Positions 36,593 to 44,022 of a DNA stretch of 44,022 bases are shown here, one piece after another. Under the pieces are notes generated by a model, which was not told where the DNA came from, ran no database searches, and saw only the letters and a program-made list of their open reading frames with translations. Within the stretch, counting starts at the first letter, position 1. The number at the start of each line of letters is the position of its first letter. The stretch is from contig JAIPJO010000002.1 in assembly GCA_021734135.1 (NCBI GenBank), positions 1-44,022 of the forward strand, written 5' to 3'. Position numbers and translations under genes: made by a program. Source of the DNA: Patescibacteria group bacterium. GTDB taxonomy: Bacteria > Patescibacteriota > Patescibacteriia > Patescibacteriales > UBA12465.

Positions 36593-37521
36593 AAAATAAA
36601 GTAAAAATTGCTATATTATTAGGCGGAACATCTTCTGAGAGAGAAGTGTCTTTAAATACAGGTAATGAAATTTTTAAAGCCTTAAAGCAGGCGGGATATT
36701 CTGTTATAAAATATGATCCTAAAACTGATTTAGAAAAGTTTAGCGTTGATTTTAAAAATGATAAGTTCGATCTTTGTATACCCGCTTTGCATGGTAAAGA
36801 TGGGGAAGATGGCAGTATTCAGGGCTATTTGGAGTTATTTAATATTCCTTATTGCTTTTCAAATGTAGAGGCTAGTGCTGTAGCCATGAATAAAAATTTG
36901 AGTAAAACTTTAGTTAAAGAGCAAGGAATTAAGGTTATTGATTCAAGTTTAATTACTAAAATTGAAGATATTAATGATTTAAATATTGATTATCCACTTA
37001 TTGCCAAACCAAATCAAGGTGGTTCTTCAGTAAATATTAATATATGTAATAATTATGAAGAACTTGAAAAGGCAGTAAATATTATTTTAAATAATAGAGA
37101 AGAGGTGCTTGTTGAAAAATATTTATCAGGACTTAGAGAATTGACAGTTTCTGTTATTGAAAATAATAATAAAGTCTTGAGTTTACCAGTAATGGAGATT
37201 ATTGCTAATAAAGAGGTTTTCTATGATTATGATTCTAAATATAGCCAAGGAGGTAGTACTCATATTTGTCCAGCAAAAATAGATAAAGAGATATATAGTT
37301 TAGCTCAGAAATGGTCAGAGTTAGTTTTTAAAACTATTGGCGCTAAAGATTTAGCTCGTATTGATTTTCTCTATGATGATAAAAGTAATAAATTGTATTT
37401 TTTAGAAATAAACACTATACCAGGTATGACAAAAACTAGTTTAATGCCTGAAGCAGCTAAAAAACAAGGTTATCAGTTTATTGATTTATTAGAGTTAATT
37501 ATAAGCAATCACATAAAATAA
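36589..37521 (+). CDS. ddl: D-alanine--D-alanine ligase
   Basis: GGTSSEREVSLNTG, HGKDGEDGSIQG, ATP-grasp, and LEINTIPGMT. Confidence 0.93.
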   Translation: MKNKVKIAILLGGTSSEREVSLNTGNEIFKALKQAGYSVIKYDPKTDLEKFSVDFKNDKFDLCIPALHGKDGEDGSIQGYLELFNIPYCFSNVEASAVAMNKNLSKTLVKEQGIKVIDSSLITKIEDINDLNIDYPLIAKPNQGGSSVNINICNNYEELEKAVNIILNNREEVLVEKYLSGLRELTVSVIENNNKVLSLPVMEIIANKEVFYDYDSKYSQGGSTHICPAKIDKEIYSLAQKWSELVFKTIGAKDLARIDFLYDDKSNKLYFLEINTIPGMTKTSLMPEAAKKQGYQFIDLLELIISNHIK

Positions 37522-37526
37522 CTATT

Positions 37527-38378
37527 ATGTCAACAGTACTAAAGAAAAGAAGACAGAGGGATTATCAAAATAAAAAATTCACAAACCCTTTCTTTAAAGA
37601 TAAAAGAAATAAAAAGGGAAGACAGGGAACTTCAAAGAAGTCAATCTTATTTATTTTAATTATTATATTAATATTAGGTTTTGCTTTTTGGTTTTTTTAT
37701 ATTGCAAATACTTTTAAAATAAAAGAAATAAAAATTAATGGATTAGAAAGAGTTAGCGAAGAAAAAGTAATAAATAATATTTCTGAAATTACTAATAAAA
37801 CAAAATTTTTTCTAAAACAAGATAATCTATTCCTTGTAAATACTAATGAAATAAGTAATATTTTAAAAACTAATTACAATTTTGCTCAGGTTGATGTTAA
37901 TAAAGAATTATCAGGTAAATTAATTATAGATATTAGCGAGAGACAATATGAGGCGATTTTCTTAGAAGATGGTAATTATTACTACATAGATAAAGAAGGT
38001 TATATAATAGATAAAATTAATGAATTAGAGGATGTAAATCCTAAAAAGTATGCTATAATTAATAATGAAAGTAATGATAAAATAAAAGAAAATAAAGTTA
38101 ATATTGATTTAGATTACTTGGTATTTATTAATAACTTCTACGATGAATTTAAACAAAGTTTAAATGATCTAGAAATTGAGAAATTTATTGTAAAGAATAG
38201 AAATTCTGGTTTAAGTGCTCAAATTATTAATGGTCCTATACTTTATTTAAATATTGATAATGATAGTAGTGCTCAAGTTCGTAATTTAAAAATATTAAGA
38301 GAAAACAATTTGAATGAAGAATTTTTAAAAAGATCTTATATAGATCTAAGGTATGGTGATAGATTATTTTTAGATTAA
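37527..38378 (+). CDS. ftsQ: Cell division protein FtsQ/DivIB
   Basis: Basic N-terminus, a single TM helix, a POTRA-like FKIKEIKINGLERVSEEKV, and the position after ddl. Confidence 0.8.
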   Translation: MSTVLKKRRQRDYQNKKFTNPFFKDKRNKKGRQGTSKKSILFILIIILILGFAFWFFYIANTFKIKEIKINGLERVSEEKVINNISEITNKTKFFLKQDNLFLVNTNEISNILKTNYNFAQVDVNKELSGKLIIDISERQYEAIFLEDGNYYYIDKEGYIIDKINELEDVNPKKYAIINNESNDKIKENKVNIDLDYLVFINNFYDEFKQSLNDLEIEKFIVKNRNSGLSAQIINGPILYLNIDNDSSAQVRNLKILRENNLNEEFLKRSYIDLRYGDRLFLD

Positions 38379-38404
38379 TTTTTATTATAAAATTTATATT
38401 ATAT

Positions 38405-38548
38405 ATGGAAACATTATTTAAAACATTATTTGTAATTGCTATTATAGTTTTTTGCTTATTAGTTATAGGTGTTTTTTTACTTTTATTAAAGGCATTACTT
38501 ATCTTTAATCCAGAGCTTAGTCTTTTTGGCTTAACAATTACTTATTAG
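38405..38548 (+). CDS. Possible 47-aa single-TM peptide (not in the ORF track)
   Basis: Hand translation gives METLFKTLFVIAIIVFCLLVIGVFLLLLKALLIFNPELSLFGLTITY. There is no SD, and in AT-rich DNA this could be a chance ORF. Confidence 0.25.
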   Translation: METLFKTLFVIAIIVFCLLVIGVFLLLLKALLIFNPELSLFGLTITY

Positions 38549-38647
38549 TTTGACGATATAGTAATTTATTTGTTATACTATAACTGAGTGTAAGGGATAT
38601 TATACTCAGTTAATATATTAGCTAAAATTAGCACAATTATAACCAAT

Positions 38648-39580
38648 ATGTCTTATTTACCTTACCTAGATGACTTCCTTTTAAACCTTAAGGTTAACAA
38701 TTATTCACAAGAAACTATTTATAACTATGAACGTGATTTAAATGTTTTTTTAAACTTTTTACAGAATTCAAAGCTTGATTTCGATAAATTAAACAAAAAA
38801 GACTTACTTAACTACAAGGCGCTTTTAACTTCGATTGATAGAACTACCGCTAAATCTCAAAAAACAACTAAAAAACTTTCTCCTTATTCAATCAATAGAA
38901 TGCTTTCAGCTATTAGAGCTTATTTAAAATATTTAATTGATAATGATTATGATGTTCCCTTGGCTCCTGATACAATAAAAATGCTTAAAACTATTAAGAA
39001 GAAATCTCAAGTACCAGAATTAGAACAATTAGTCAAGCTTATTGAAGCTCCCAATACATTTGAAAAAAATAATAAAATTGCCATTAGAAACAGGGCTATA
39101 TTAGAAATTTTATTTGCTACTGGTCTTCGTATTACTGAGTTAGTAAATATAAAAATTAATTCTATTGATAAAGAAGGTAAAATTTTTATCTTAGGTAAAG
39201 GGAAAAAAGAAAGATTCGTTTATTTAACTCCAAGAGCACTTACACACCTTAATAATTACCTAAAAATTAGGCCTGAGCACTCCCCTTATCTCTTTGTTCC
39301 CTATCGTGGTCTAAATGCAGGGGCAAAGCATAAAAAGCTCTCTACGAACTATTTACAAGAAAGAATTAAAAGATATAGAGAGTATTTAGATATTAATATT
39401 CCAGCTTCTGCTCATTCTTTAAGACATGGATTTGCAACTTATTTAGCTGAATCAGGGGCCTCCCCTGCTGCTATACAAATTCTTCTAGGACATGAATCAC
39501 TTGATACTACTACTAGATATGTTCATGCTTCTGATAAGTATGCCCAAAGAATACATAAACGTTATCACCCTTTGAAATAG
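38648..39580 (+). CDS. XerC/XerD-family tyrosine recombinase
   Basis: N-terminal SAM-like domain. The catalytic region has ATGLRITEL, HSLRHGFATYL, LLGHESLDTTTRYVH (R-H-R-H...Y). Confidence 0.88.
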   Translation: MSYLPYLDDFLLNLKVNNYSQETIYNYERDLNVFLNFLQNSKLDFDKLNKKDLLNYKALLTSIDRTTAKSQKTTKKLSPYSINRMLSAIRAYLKYLIDNDYDVPLAPDTIKMLKTIKKKSQVPELEQLVKLIEAPNTFEKNNKIAIRNRAILEILFATGLRITELVNIKINSIDKEGKIFILGKGKKERFVYLTPRALTHLNNYLKIRPEHSPYLFVPYRGLNAGAKHKKLSTNYLQERIKRYREYLDINIPASAHSLRHGFATYLAESGASPAAIQILLGHESLDTTTRYVHASDKYAQRIHKRYHPLK

Positions 39581-39675
39581 TATTATTTTATTTATCTTTA
39601 TCATTTATTAAAATTTCTGTGCTTCCCTTTTTATATATATTTGATATGATATAGATATAATAAATATCTTAAAAT

Positions 39676-42600
39676 ATGAAAAAATATATTCTTTGGTTAA
39701 TACCAGTGTTAGTAATTACGTTATTATTTTTCTATAAAGTTCAAGCATCTCAAGATGTCATTGGTATTCGTGTTTTACCTAATCCTGATCATTATTCAGT
39801 GTTAAGATGGTATGAAAATCAAGGATTTACAGGTAGTCCTCAATCTATGTTAATTGACGGATATAGAGCTATACGTGATGGAAGAACTGTTTATATTAAT
39901 ACTGCTAATGTTTCCGAAGGAAGACTTTATACTAATATTTATTTAATTTCATATAATCAAGATACTCAGCCCGGAACTACTGATATTTTTGGTAAAATAC
40001 TTTCTAATTGGAAATTTAACACCAATATTAACAATAGAGGGACTTGCTCTATATCAAGTTTAAATTGTCAAAGTGATGATGACTGTAATAATGGTTATAT
40101 ATGTAGTGAATCAGAAAATAAATGTGTTTTAGAAGAAGTTTCACAATGCTTATCAGATAGTCAATGTCCTAGTGGATTATTTTGTGATAGTGATAAAGCT
40201 AAATTAATTAGAGATACTAAAAGATTATCAGATTTAAGTGAGCTAAAAGTATATCTTGAAAATTATAAAAATAAATTTAATAGAAATCATTATCCAAAAT
40301 TAACATCTGGCACATATATACCTGGCAGTACTGTTTCTACTTGGCCTAGTTGGCAATATGAGCTAGCCTCAACTCTTGATTTAAATAATCTACCTGTAGA
40401 TCCTATTAATACTATAGGTAAATGTGATGGTAACTTTGATCCTGTTACTTGTTGGAATTCTGATGATAAAGAATTTTATGGCAACATTACAGGCATGGAC
40501 TTCCCTGTTAATAGTAGATTATATTTTTATTACACTGCCGATTTAGGTCAAACTGCTAATTTTTGTACCTTTATTGAAGGTAATTATTCTAATATCCCAC
40601 CTTTATCGTGTGTTTTTAATATAACTACTAATTTTGCCCCTGTTATTACACATGCTGACATGACTGCTTATCCTAATGAGGAATTTTCTAAATATATTTC
40701 TGTTACCGATTTAAATAACGACAGTCTTAATTGGAGTCTTAATACTTCTAATGTTGATTGGACTAATTATGGATGGTCTGCACCACCTGTATTAAAAGAC
40801 ACTGAACATGATAGGCAAACACAACTTTATGCTGAGCAAGCTGGAGAGATTGGAGATTATCCTTTAACCATAAGAGTGGAGGATGATAGGGGTTTATATG
40901 ATGAAAAAATATTGAATATATCAATTAGAAATTTAAATCTTATAGATTATATTTCTATTGGAGAAAGTAAAGAATATTATGTTAATGGCCGTAATTTAGG
41001 TTCAAATTCTAATTTTGATATTAATTTAAGAAATGCTAGTTATAATTCAACATCTATTAGTCTAGAACAATTAAATAATTATGGATTCACCTTTGATTCA
41101 AATAACTTTCTTTTAAAAGAAAATTTTACCCCAGCTCAACATACAGGAGAATATGAAATTAATCTTTATGCATTAAATAATAATTCTGGAGAAAAAACCG
41201 ATTCCTCTTTTGATTTAACTATTGAAAATAACCCTCCTTATGTAGAGGAAGTTGAAGCTGTTTATAGTAATGGAGATACTGAAAGCTGTATACATTCTGA
41301 TCAATGTGTTTTTATTATTGATAACGCTGAAGAAGCCACTTTGCAAGTTATAGCTGAAGATGATAACCCAGGTCACATTCTTAGCTACTCTCTAGAAAAC
41401 AATTTAGATGGTGCTATAAGTATTAATTCTAATATAGGTATTATCTCTGGTTTAAATAATTTAAATTATCACGAAACTGAAATAGCAGAGTTTGATTTTC
41501 AAGTTCGTATTAGTGATCAATATTGTGCAAATTCTACAGAAGAAAGTTGTTCTACATATAAAGATATTAAAGTAGTAGTACAGGAATATTGCTCAGTTAA
41601 TACACCAGAAACGCTTCTTAGCACCAATCCAATTGAAGAGAGTCCAGTAACGGTGAATACTTCTGGTCAAACGATAAATATTGGAAATGAGGCTATAGAT
41701 TGCTCTGATATTGGTAACAGTAGTGTTGATATTAAATATATTGGTGATGCAAATAGCAAGGTAATCATATTTGTTATGGATTATTCTAAAAGTATGGACA
41801 CCTTAATAAATGGTATACCTGCAATAGATAGAGCTAAAGCTGCTCTCACTGATGATAATGACGGTGTCTTAAAAACCATTCATGAAACAGCTTTAGAGCT
41901 ACCTGAAGAGCATTCTATTGAGGTTGGGCTTGTTATATATAATACTAATGTTCACTCTTATGGTCCCCTTGATATTTCACAAGAATCTAATTTGCAACAA
42001 TTAAAGTCTAATATACTTAATTATAATACATATTATCAAACTAAAACCTTAGATGCTTTAAATGAGGCTGAAAACTTATTGGATTCACCCGAGTATTCAG
42101 ATATAAATAAATCTATTATTTTAATGAGTGATGGCTACCCTGGTGTAGATCAAAGAGTTATAAGTGGAGGTGAATGCTATCCTGATTGTGAAGATCCTGA
42201 ATGTGATCCTTGTCCAGAGGGAACATATAGGAGTGGTACTCATTGCACTTGTGAATGTGTACCTCGTACTTGTTGGTGTCAAGGAGAATATCCTGATTGT
42301 TCAACGCCTGTTTGTGGTCCATGCCCGGATGGAGAAAAAAGAATTAATTATTGTACCTGTGAATGTGCTGCTCCTACTTGCCTGTGTGGAGGCACTTACC
42401 CTAATTGTACATGGCCTACTGGATGTGAGTGTGGTAGATCTGGATGTTCTTGTCGTACTAATTGTGGTTCTGTATACAATGACTTAGAAGAAGATAATAT
42501 TGATAATTATAATGACCTAGATTTTAAAATGGCTATAACTGAGCAAACCCAATGCCTTGATACTAATACTCCTTGTGAGGAAGGTTGTTCTTCAAATCAA

Positions 42601-43059
42601 CGATGTCGAGGATTTGATGTTGAGCAAAATTATAATTGCGATACTTCTGATGATGTATTGACTCAAGCAAATTATTTAAAGAATAATGGTGTTCAGATAT
42701 CAGCTATTTATTATGATACTACTGATGAATCTGGACCAGCTCAAAAAATGTGTGAATGGTCTAGTAATAACGGAGTTGATTGTGATAATGAGACTTATTT
42801 TTACGCTGGTACAGATATTAATAAGTTATTTGATGATGTGTTAGTTAATATAGTTAATAAACCAAAAGCTGTAGAAATAGCTGAATTTGAACTTGAAGAT
42901 AGTAATCCTCATCAGTTAGAGAGTTTTCTAGAAGGCGTAAACATAGACGATGCTCTTAATTGTGGTTATCCTAACTTAGCCGTAGAATATACAGATACAG
43001 GATATTTAGAATTCTCAAATTTAAGTTATGATTACTGCCCTGCTAAATTACATCAATAA
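39676..43059 (+). CDS. Large secreted/anchored multi-domain protein: pilin-like module, Ig-like repeats, and a vWA domain with a Cys-rich insert
   Basis: N-terminal hydrophobic leader. RDTKRLSDLSELKVYLENYKNKFNRNHYP resembles the globular-head start of type IV pilin-like proteins. vWA MIDAS DYSKS at 41779-41793, then IILMSDGYPG. 23 Cys within 97 aa at 42175-42465. Confidence 0.65.
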   Translation: MKKYILWLIPVLVITLLFFYKVQASQDVIGIRVLPNPDHYSVLRWYENQGFTGSPQSMLIDGYRAIRDGRTVYINTANVSEGRLYTNIYLISYNQDTQPGTTDIFGKILSNWKFNTNINNRGTCSISSLNCQSDDDCNNGYICSESENKCVLEEVSQCLSDSQCPSGLFCDSDKAKLIRDTKRLSDLSELKVYLENYKNKFNRNHYPKLTSGTYIPGSTVSTWPSWQYELASTLDLNNLPVDPINTIGKCDGNFDPVTCWNSDDKEFYGNITGMDFPVNSRLYFYYTADLGQTANFCTFIEGNYSNIPPLSCVFNITTNFAPVITHADMTAYPNEEFSKYISVTDLNNDSLNWSLNTSNVDWTNYGWSAPPVLKDTEHDRQTQLYAEQAGEIGDYPLTIRVEDDRGLYDEKILNISIRNLNLIDYISIGESKEYYVNGRNLGSNSNFDINLRNASYNSTSISLEQLNNYGFTFDSNNFLLKENFTPAQHTGEYEINLYALNNNSGEKTDSSFDLTIENNPPYVEEVEAVYSNGDTESCIHSDQCVFIIDNAEEATLQVIAEDDNPGHILSYSLENNLDGAISINSNIGIISGLNNLNYHETEIAEFDFQVRISDQYCANSTEESCSTYKDIKVVVQEYCSVNTPETLLSTNPIEESPVTVNTSGQTINIGNEAIDCSDIGNSSVDIKYIGDANSKVIIFVMDYSKSMDTLINGIPAIDRAKAALTDDNDGVLKTIHETALELPEEHSIEVGLVIYNTNVHSYGPLDISQESNLQQLKSNILNYNTYYQTKTLDALNEAENLLDSPEYSDINKSIILMSDGYPGVDQRVISGGECYPDCEDPECDPCPEGTYRSGTHCTCECVPRTCWCQGEYPDCSTPVCGPCPDGEKRINYCTCECAAPTCLCGGTYPNCTWPTGCECGRSGCSCRTNCGSVYNDLEEDNIDNYNDLDFKMAITEQTQCLDTNTPCEEGCSSNQRCRGFDVEQNYNCDTSDDVLTQANYLKNNGVQISAIYYDTTDESGPAQKMCEWSSNNGVDCDNETYFYAGTDINKLFDDVLVNIVNKPKAVEIAEFELEDSNPHQLESFLEGVNIDDALNCGYPNLAVEYTDTGYLEFSNLSYDYCPAKLHQ
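42175..42465 (+). repeat. Tandem Cys-rich protein repeats (about 37 aa, 2.5 copies) with locally elevated GC
   Basis: YPDCEDPECDPCPEGTYRSGTHCTCECVPRTCWCQGE / YPDCSTPVCGPCPDGEKRINYCTCECAAPTCLCGGT / YPNCTWPTGCECGRSGCSCRTNC. The stop-free alternative frame (track ORF 42164-42487) reflects the composition shift. Confidence 0.8.
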
Positions 43060-43061
43060 AT

Positions 43062-43880
43062 ATGAATAAAAAAATATTAATAATTTTAACAATCTTAGCA
43101 TTTTTTGTTTTTAGTGTTTTTATTGTTTTAAACAACAATAATAAAATAGACATACCTTCAATTACAGATAAAAAAGAAAGTGAAAAAGAAAGTGAAAGTG
43201 ATAAAAAAGAAAATATAGAAGAAGAACAACCGCCCTTTTTAGATATATGTAGTGGTGATATTAATGATGAAGAATTAGCTGAGATTTGTAAAATTGAAAA
43301 AACAATTAATAAGGCAACAAAGAATTTAGATGCTAGTAAATGTTTAAATATTAAAGAAGAGTTCAGACAAAGATGTATTATTGATATACTTAAGATTAAT
43401 CCAGATTCAGTTGATTGTTCTTTATTTGATGGTAGGAATAATTTTGTATGCTTATCTGAAAAGAAATATCATCAAGCTATAAGTAGAGATGATAGTGATT
43501 TGTGTTTAGAAATAAAAGATAAAATAAAAAGAGCTAATTGTTTTAATGTTATAGACAAAGTAGATTTACATGGAGATGAAGATGGTGATGGCCTTAGTTT
43601 TTTAGAAGAAATGATGCATGGTACTAATCCAAATTTAAAAGATAGTGATGGTGATGGTTTTAATGATAGTGAAGAGGTTAAAAATAATTATAATCCTGTT
43701 GGAGAAGGAAAAATTAATCAAGAAACTATTCTAGTGAAGTGCAATGAAATTGAAGACGAGGATATGCAAATACTTTGTAAACAAGAGATGGATAATGATA
43801 CAATTGATTTAGAAAAATGCTATGACATAGAATCAGAAGAATTATATAACTATTGTTTAAGTTTATTAGAGTCTCTTTAA
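43062..43880 (+). CDS. Hypothetical anchored protein with a paired-Cys pattern and thrombospondin-type-3-like calcium-binding repeats
   Basis: N-terminal TM helix, DEDGDGLSFLEEMMHGTNPNLKDSDGDGFNDSEE, and regularly spaced Cys pairs. It starts 2 nt after the upstream stop. Confidence 0.6.
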   Translation: MNKKILIILTILAFFVFSVFIVLNNNNKIDIPSITDKKESEKESESDKKENIEEEQPPFLDICSGDINDEELAEICKIEKTINKATKNLDASKCLNIKEEFRQRCIIDILKINPDSVDCSLFDGRNNFVCLSEKKYHQAISRDDSDLCLEIKDKIKRANCFNVIDKVDLHGDEDGDGLSFLEEMMHGTNPNLKDSDGDGFNDSEEVKNNYNPVGEGKINQETILVKCNEIEDEDMQILCKQEMDNDTIDLEKCYDIESEELYNYCLSLLESL

Positions 43881-43889
43881 GACTGTCAA

Positions 43890-43979
43890 AGCCAAGTAGA
43901 AATGTCATACTCTGAGCCAAGTAGAAATGTCATACTTGATGAATTAATATATTATTTTTAAATCTTATTATTTCTACTT
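43890..43979. repeat. Two tandem 22-bp direct repeats plus an inverted 10-bp core copy
   Basis: agccaagtagaaatgtcatact at 43890-43911 and at 43915-43936. The core aagtagaaat recurs inverted as atttctactt at 43970-43979. Confidence 0.85.
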
Positions 43980-44022
43980 AACACTCTTTTTTTCAAATAT
44001 AAATTGTTTTCTCCAAGGATGA

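Noticed and set aside
38549-39675. The XerC/D-family gene as the integrase of a mobile element, or as an invertase flipping the adhesin promoter.
   Set aside because: I found no matching inverted or direct repeats between the regions flanking the recombinase or the adhesin promoter. There are no phage or plasmid genes and no tRNA target. The protein has the standard Xer two-domain layout.
3678-43920. Antisense or alternative-frame ORFs in the supplied track. They are: 3678-3968(-), 4011-4361(-), 6124-6333(-), 7265-7453(-), 9630-9821(-), 11267-11575(+), 12018-12215(+), 12445-12681(-), 12495-12710(+), 17922-18179(-), 18805-19065(-), 22015-22242(+), 23052-23237(+), 23459-23686(+), 24455-24691(-), 30351-30578(-), 31977-32198(+), 32759-33019(-), 33157-33432(-), 34229-34501(-), 42164-42487(+) and 43726-43920(-).
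   Set aside because: Each lies inside or opposite a longer ORF with clear family motifs. Their translations are low-complexity (Ser/Phe/Leu/Ile-rich mirrors of Lys/Glu-rich genes) or arise from locally GC-richer, stop-poor stretches. None has its own start context.
43890-43936. A CRISPR array at the window end.
   Set aside because: There are only two repeat copies separated by 3 nt, with no spacer-sized intervals and no cas genes in the window.
43936-43966. A dif-like Xer site (gatgaattaatatattatttttaaat versus the ...ATAATGTATATTATGTTAAAT type consensus).
   Set aside because: Only the TATATTAT centre matches. Both arms need an indel and several substitutions. Such a match is expected by chance in AT-rich DNA, and the site is 4.3 kb from the recombinase gene.
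43961-43990. Resemblance of ttatttctactt to the AATTTCTACT handle of Cas12a direct repeats.
   Set aside because: The complementary GTAGA arm needed for the crRNA stem is not present downstream. There is no repeat-spacer periodicity and no cas12a gene. The match is short and AT-rich.
1-44022. An alternative genetic code (UGA read as an amino acid, as in some candidate phyla).
   Set aside because: TGA terminates well-delimited genes at the expected family length: rsmI at 15675-15677, and alr at 36590-36592 overlapping the ddl ATG. All conserved genes are intact under the standard code.

Overview
The window is gene-dense and low-GC (roughly 30% by eye, not computed), and most genes are on the + strand. 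It looks like a small-genome bacterium, possibly Candidate Phyla Radiation/Patescibacteria. That placement is an inference from tight gene packing, minimal housekeeping enzymes, near-absence of Shine-Dalgarno sites, Lys/Glu/Asn-rich insertions and large Cys-rich surface proteins. I call 42 CDS under the standard code, since TGA is used as a stop. Housekeeping genes: sod, rpsB-tsf, a PSP1/RicT-like gene, cca, a cyclophilin lipoprotein, nifS-nifU, secE-nusG-rplK-rplA, rsmI, metG, cvpA, tsaC, ctpA, pyrG, rpmA, dnaX, serS, alr-ddl-ftsQ and a XerC/D-family recombinase. I found no rRNA, tRNA, CRISPR array or transposase. The loci most worth a second look are listed below.
1. 24486-27668: an operon of a single-cluster ferredoxin, a Lys/Glu-rich protein and a membrane-anchored TraD/VirD4-like ATPase, with no other type IV secretion genes nearby.
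2. 22205-24327: a divergent three-gene operon of acidic coiled-coil proteins, next to a self-contained orphan gene at 27774-28352.
3. 3448-7201: a tightly packed gap / NuoF-like / [FeFe]-hydrogenase operon.
4. 39676-43880: a 1127-aa secreted protein with a pilin-like module and a vWA domain interrupted by a 23-cysteine tandem insert, followed by a Cys-patterned calcium-binding partner.
5. RNA-level candidates: an L1-stalk mimic upstream of rplA, a structured rpsB leader, and a dnaX -1 frameshift site.
6. 43890-43979: a triple-copy sequence motif at the window end.
All functional calls rest on motif recognition by eye; no database search was run.
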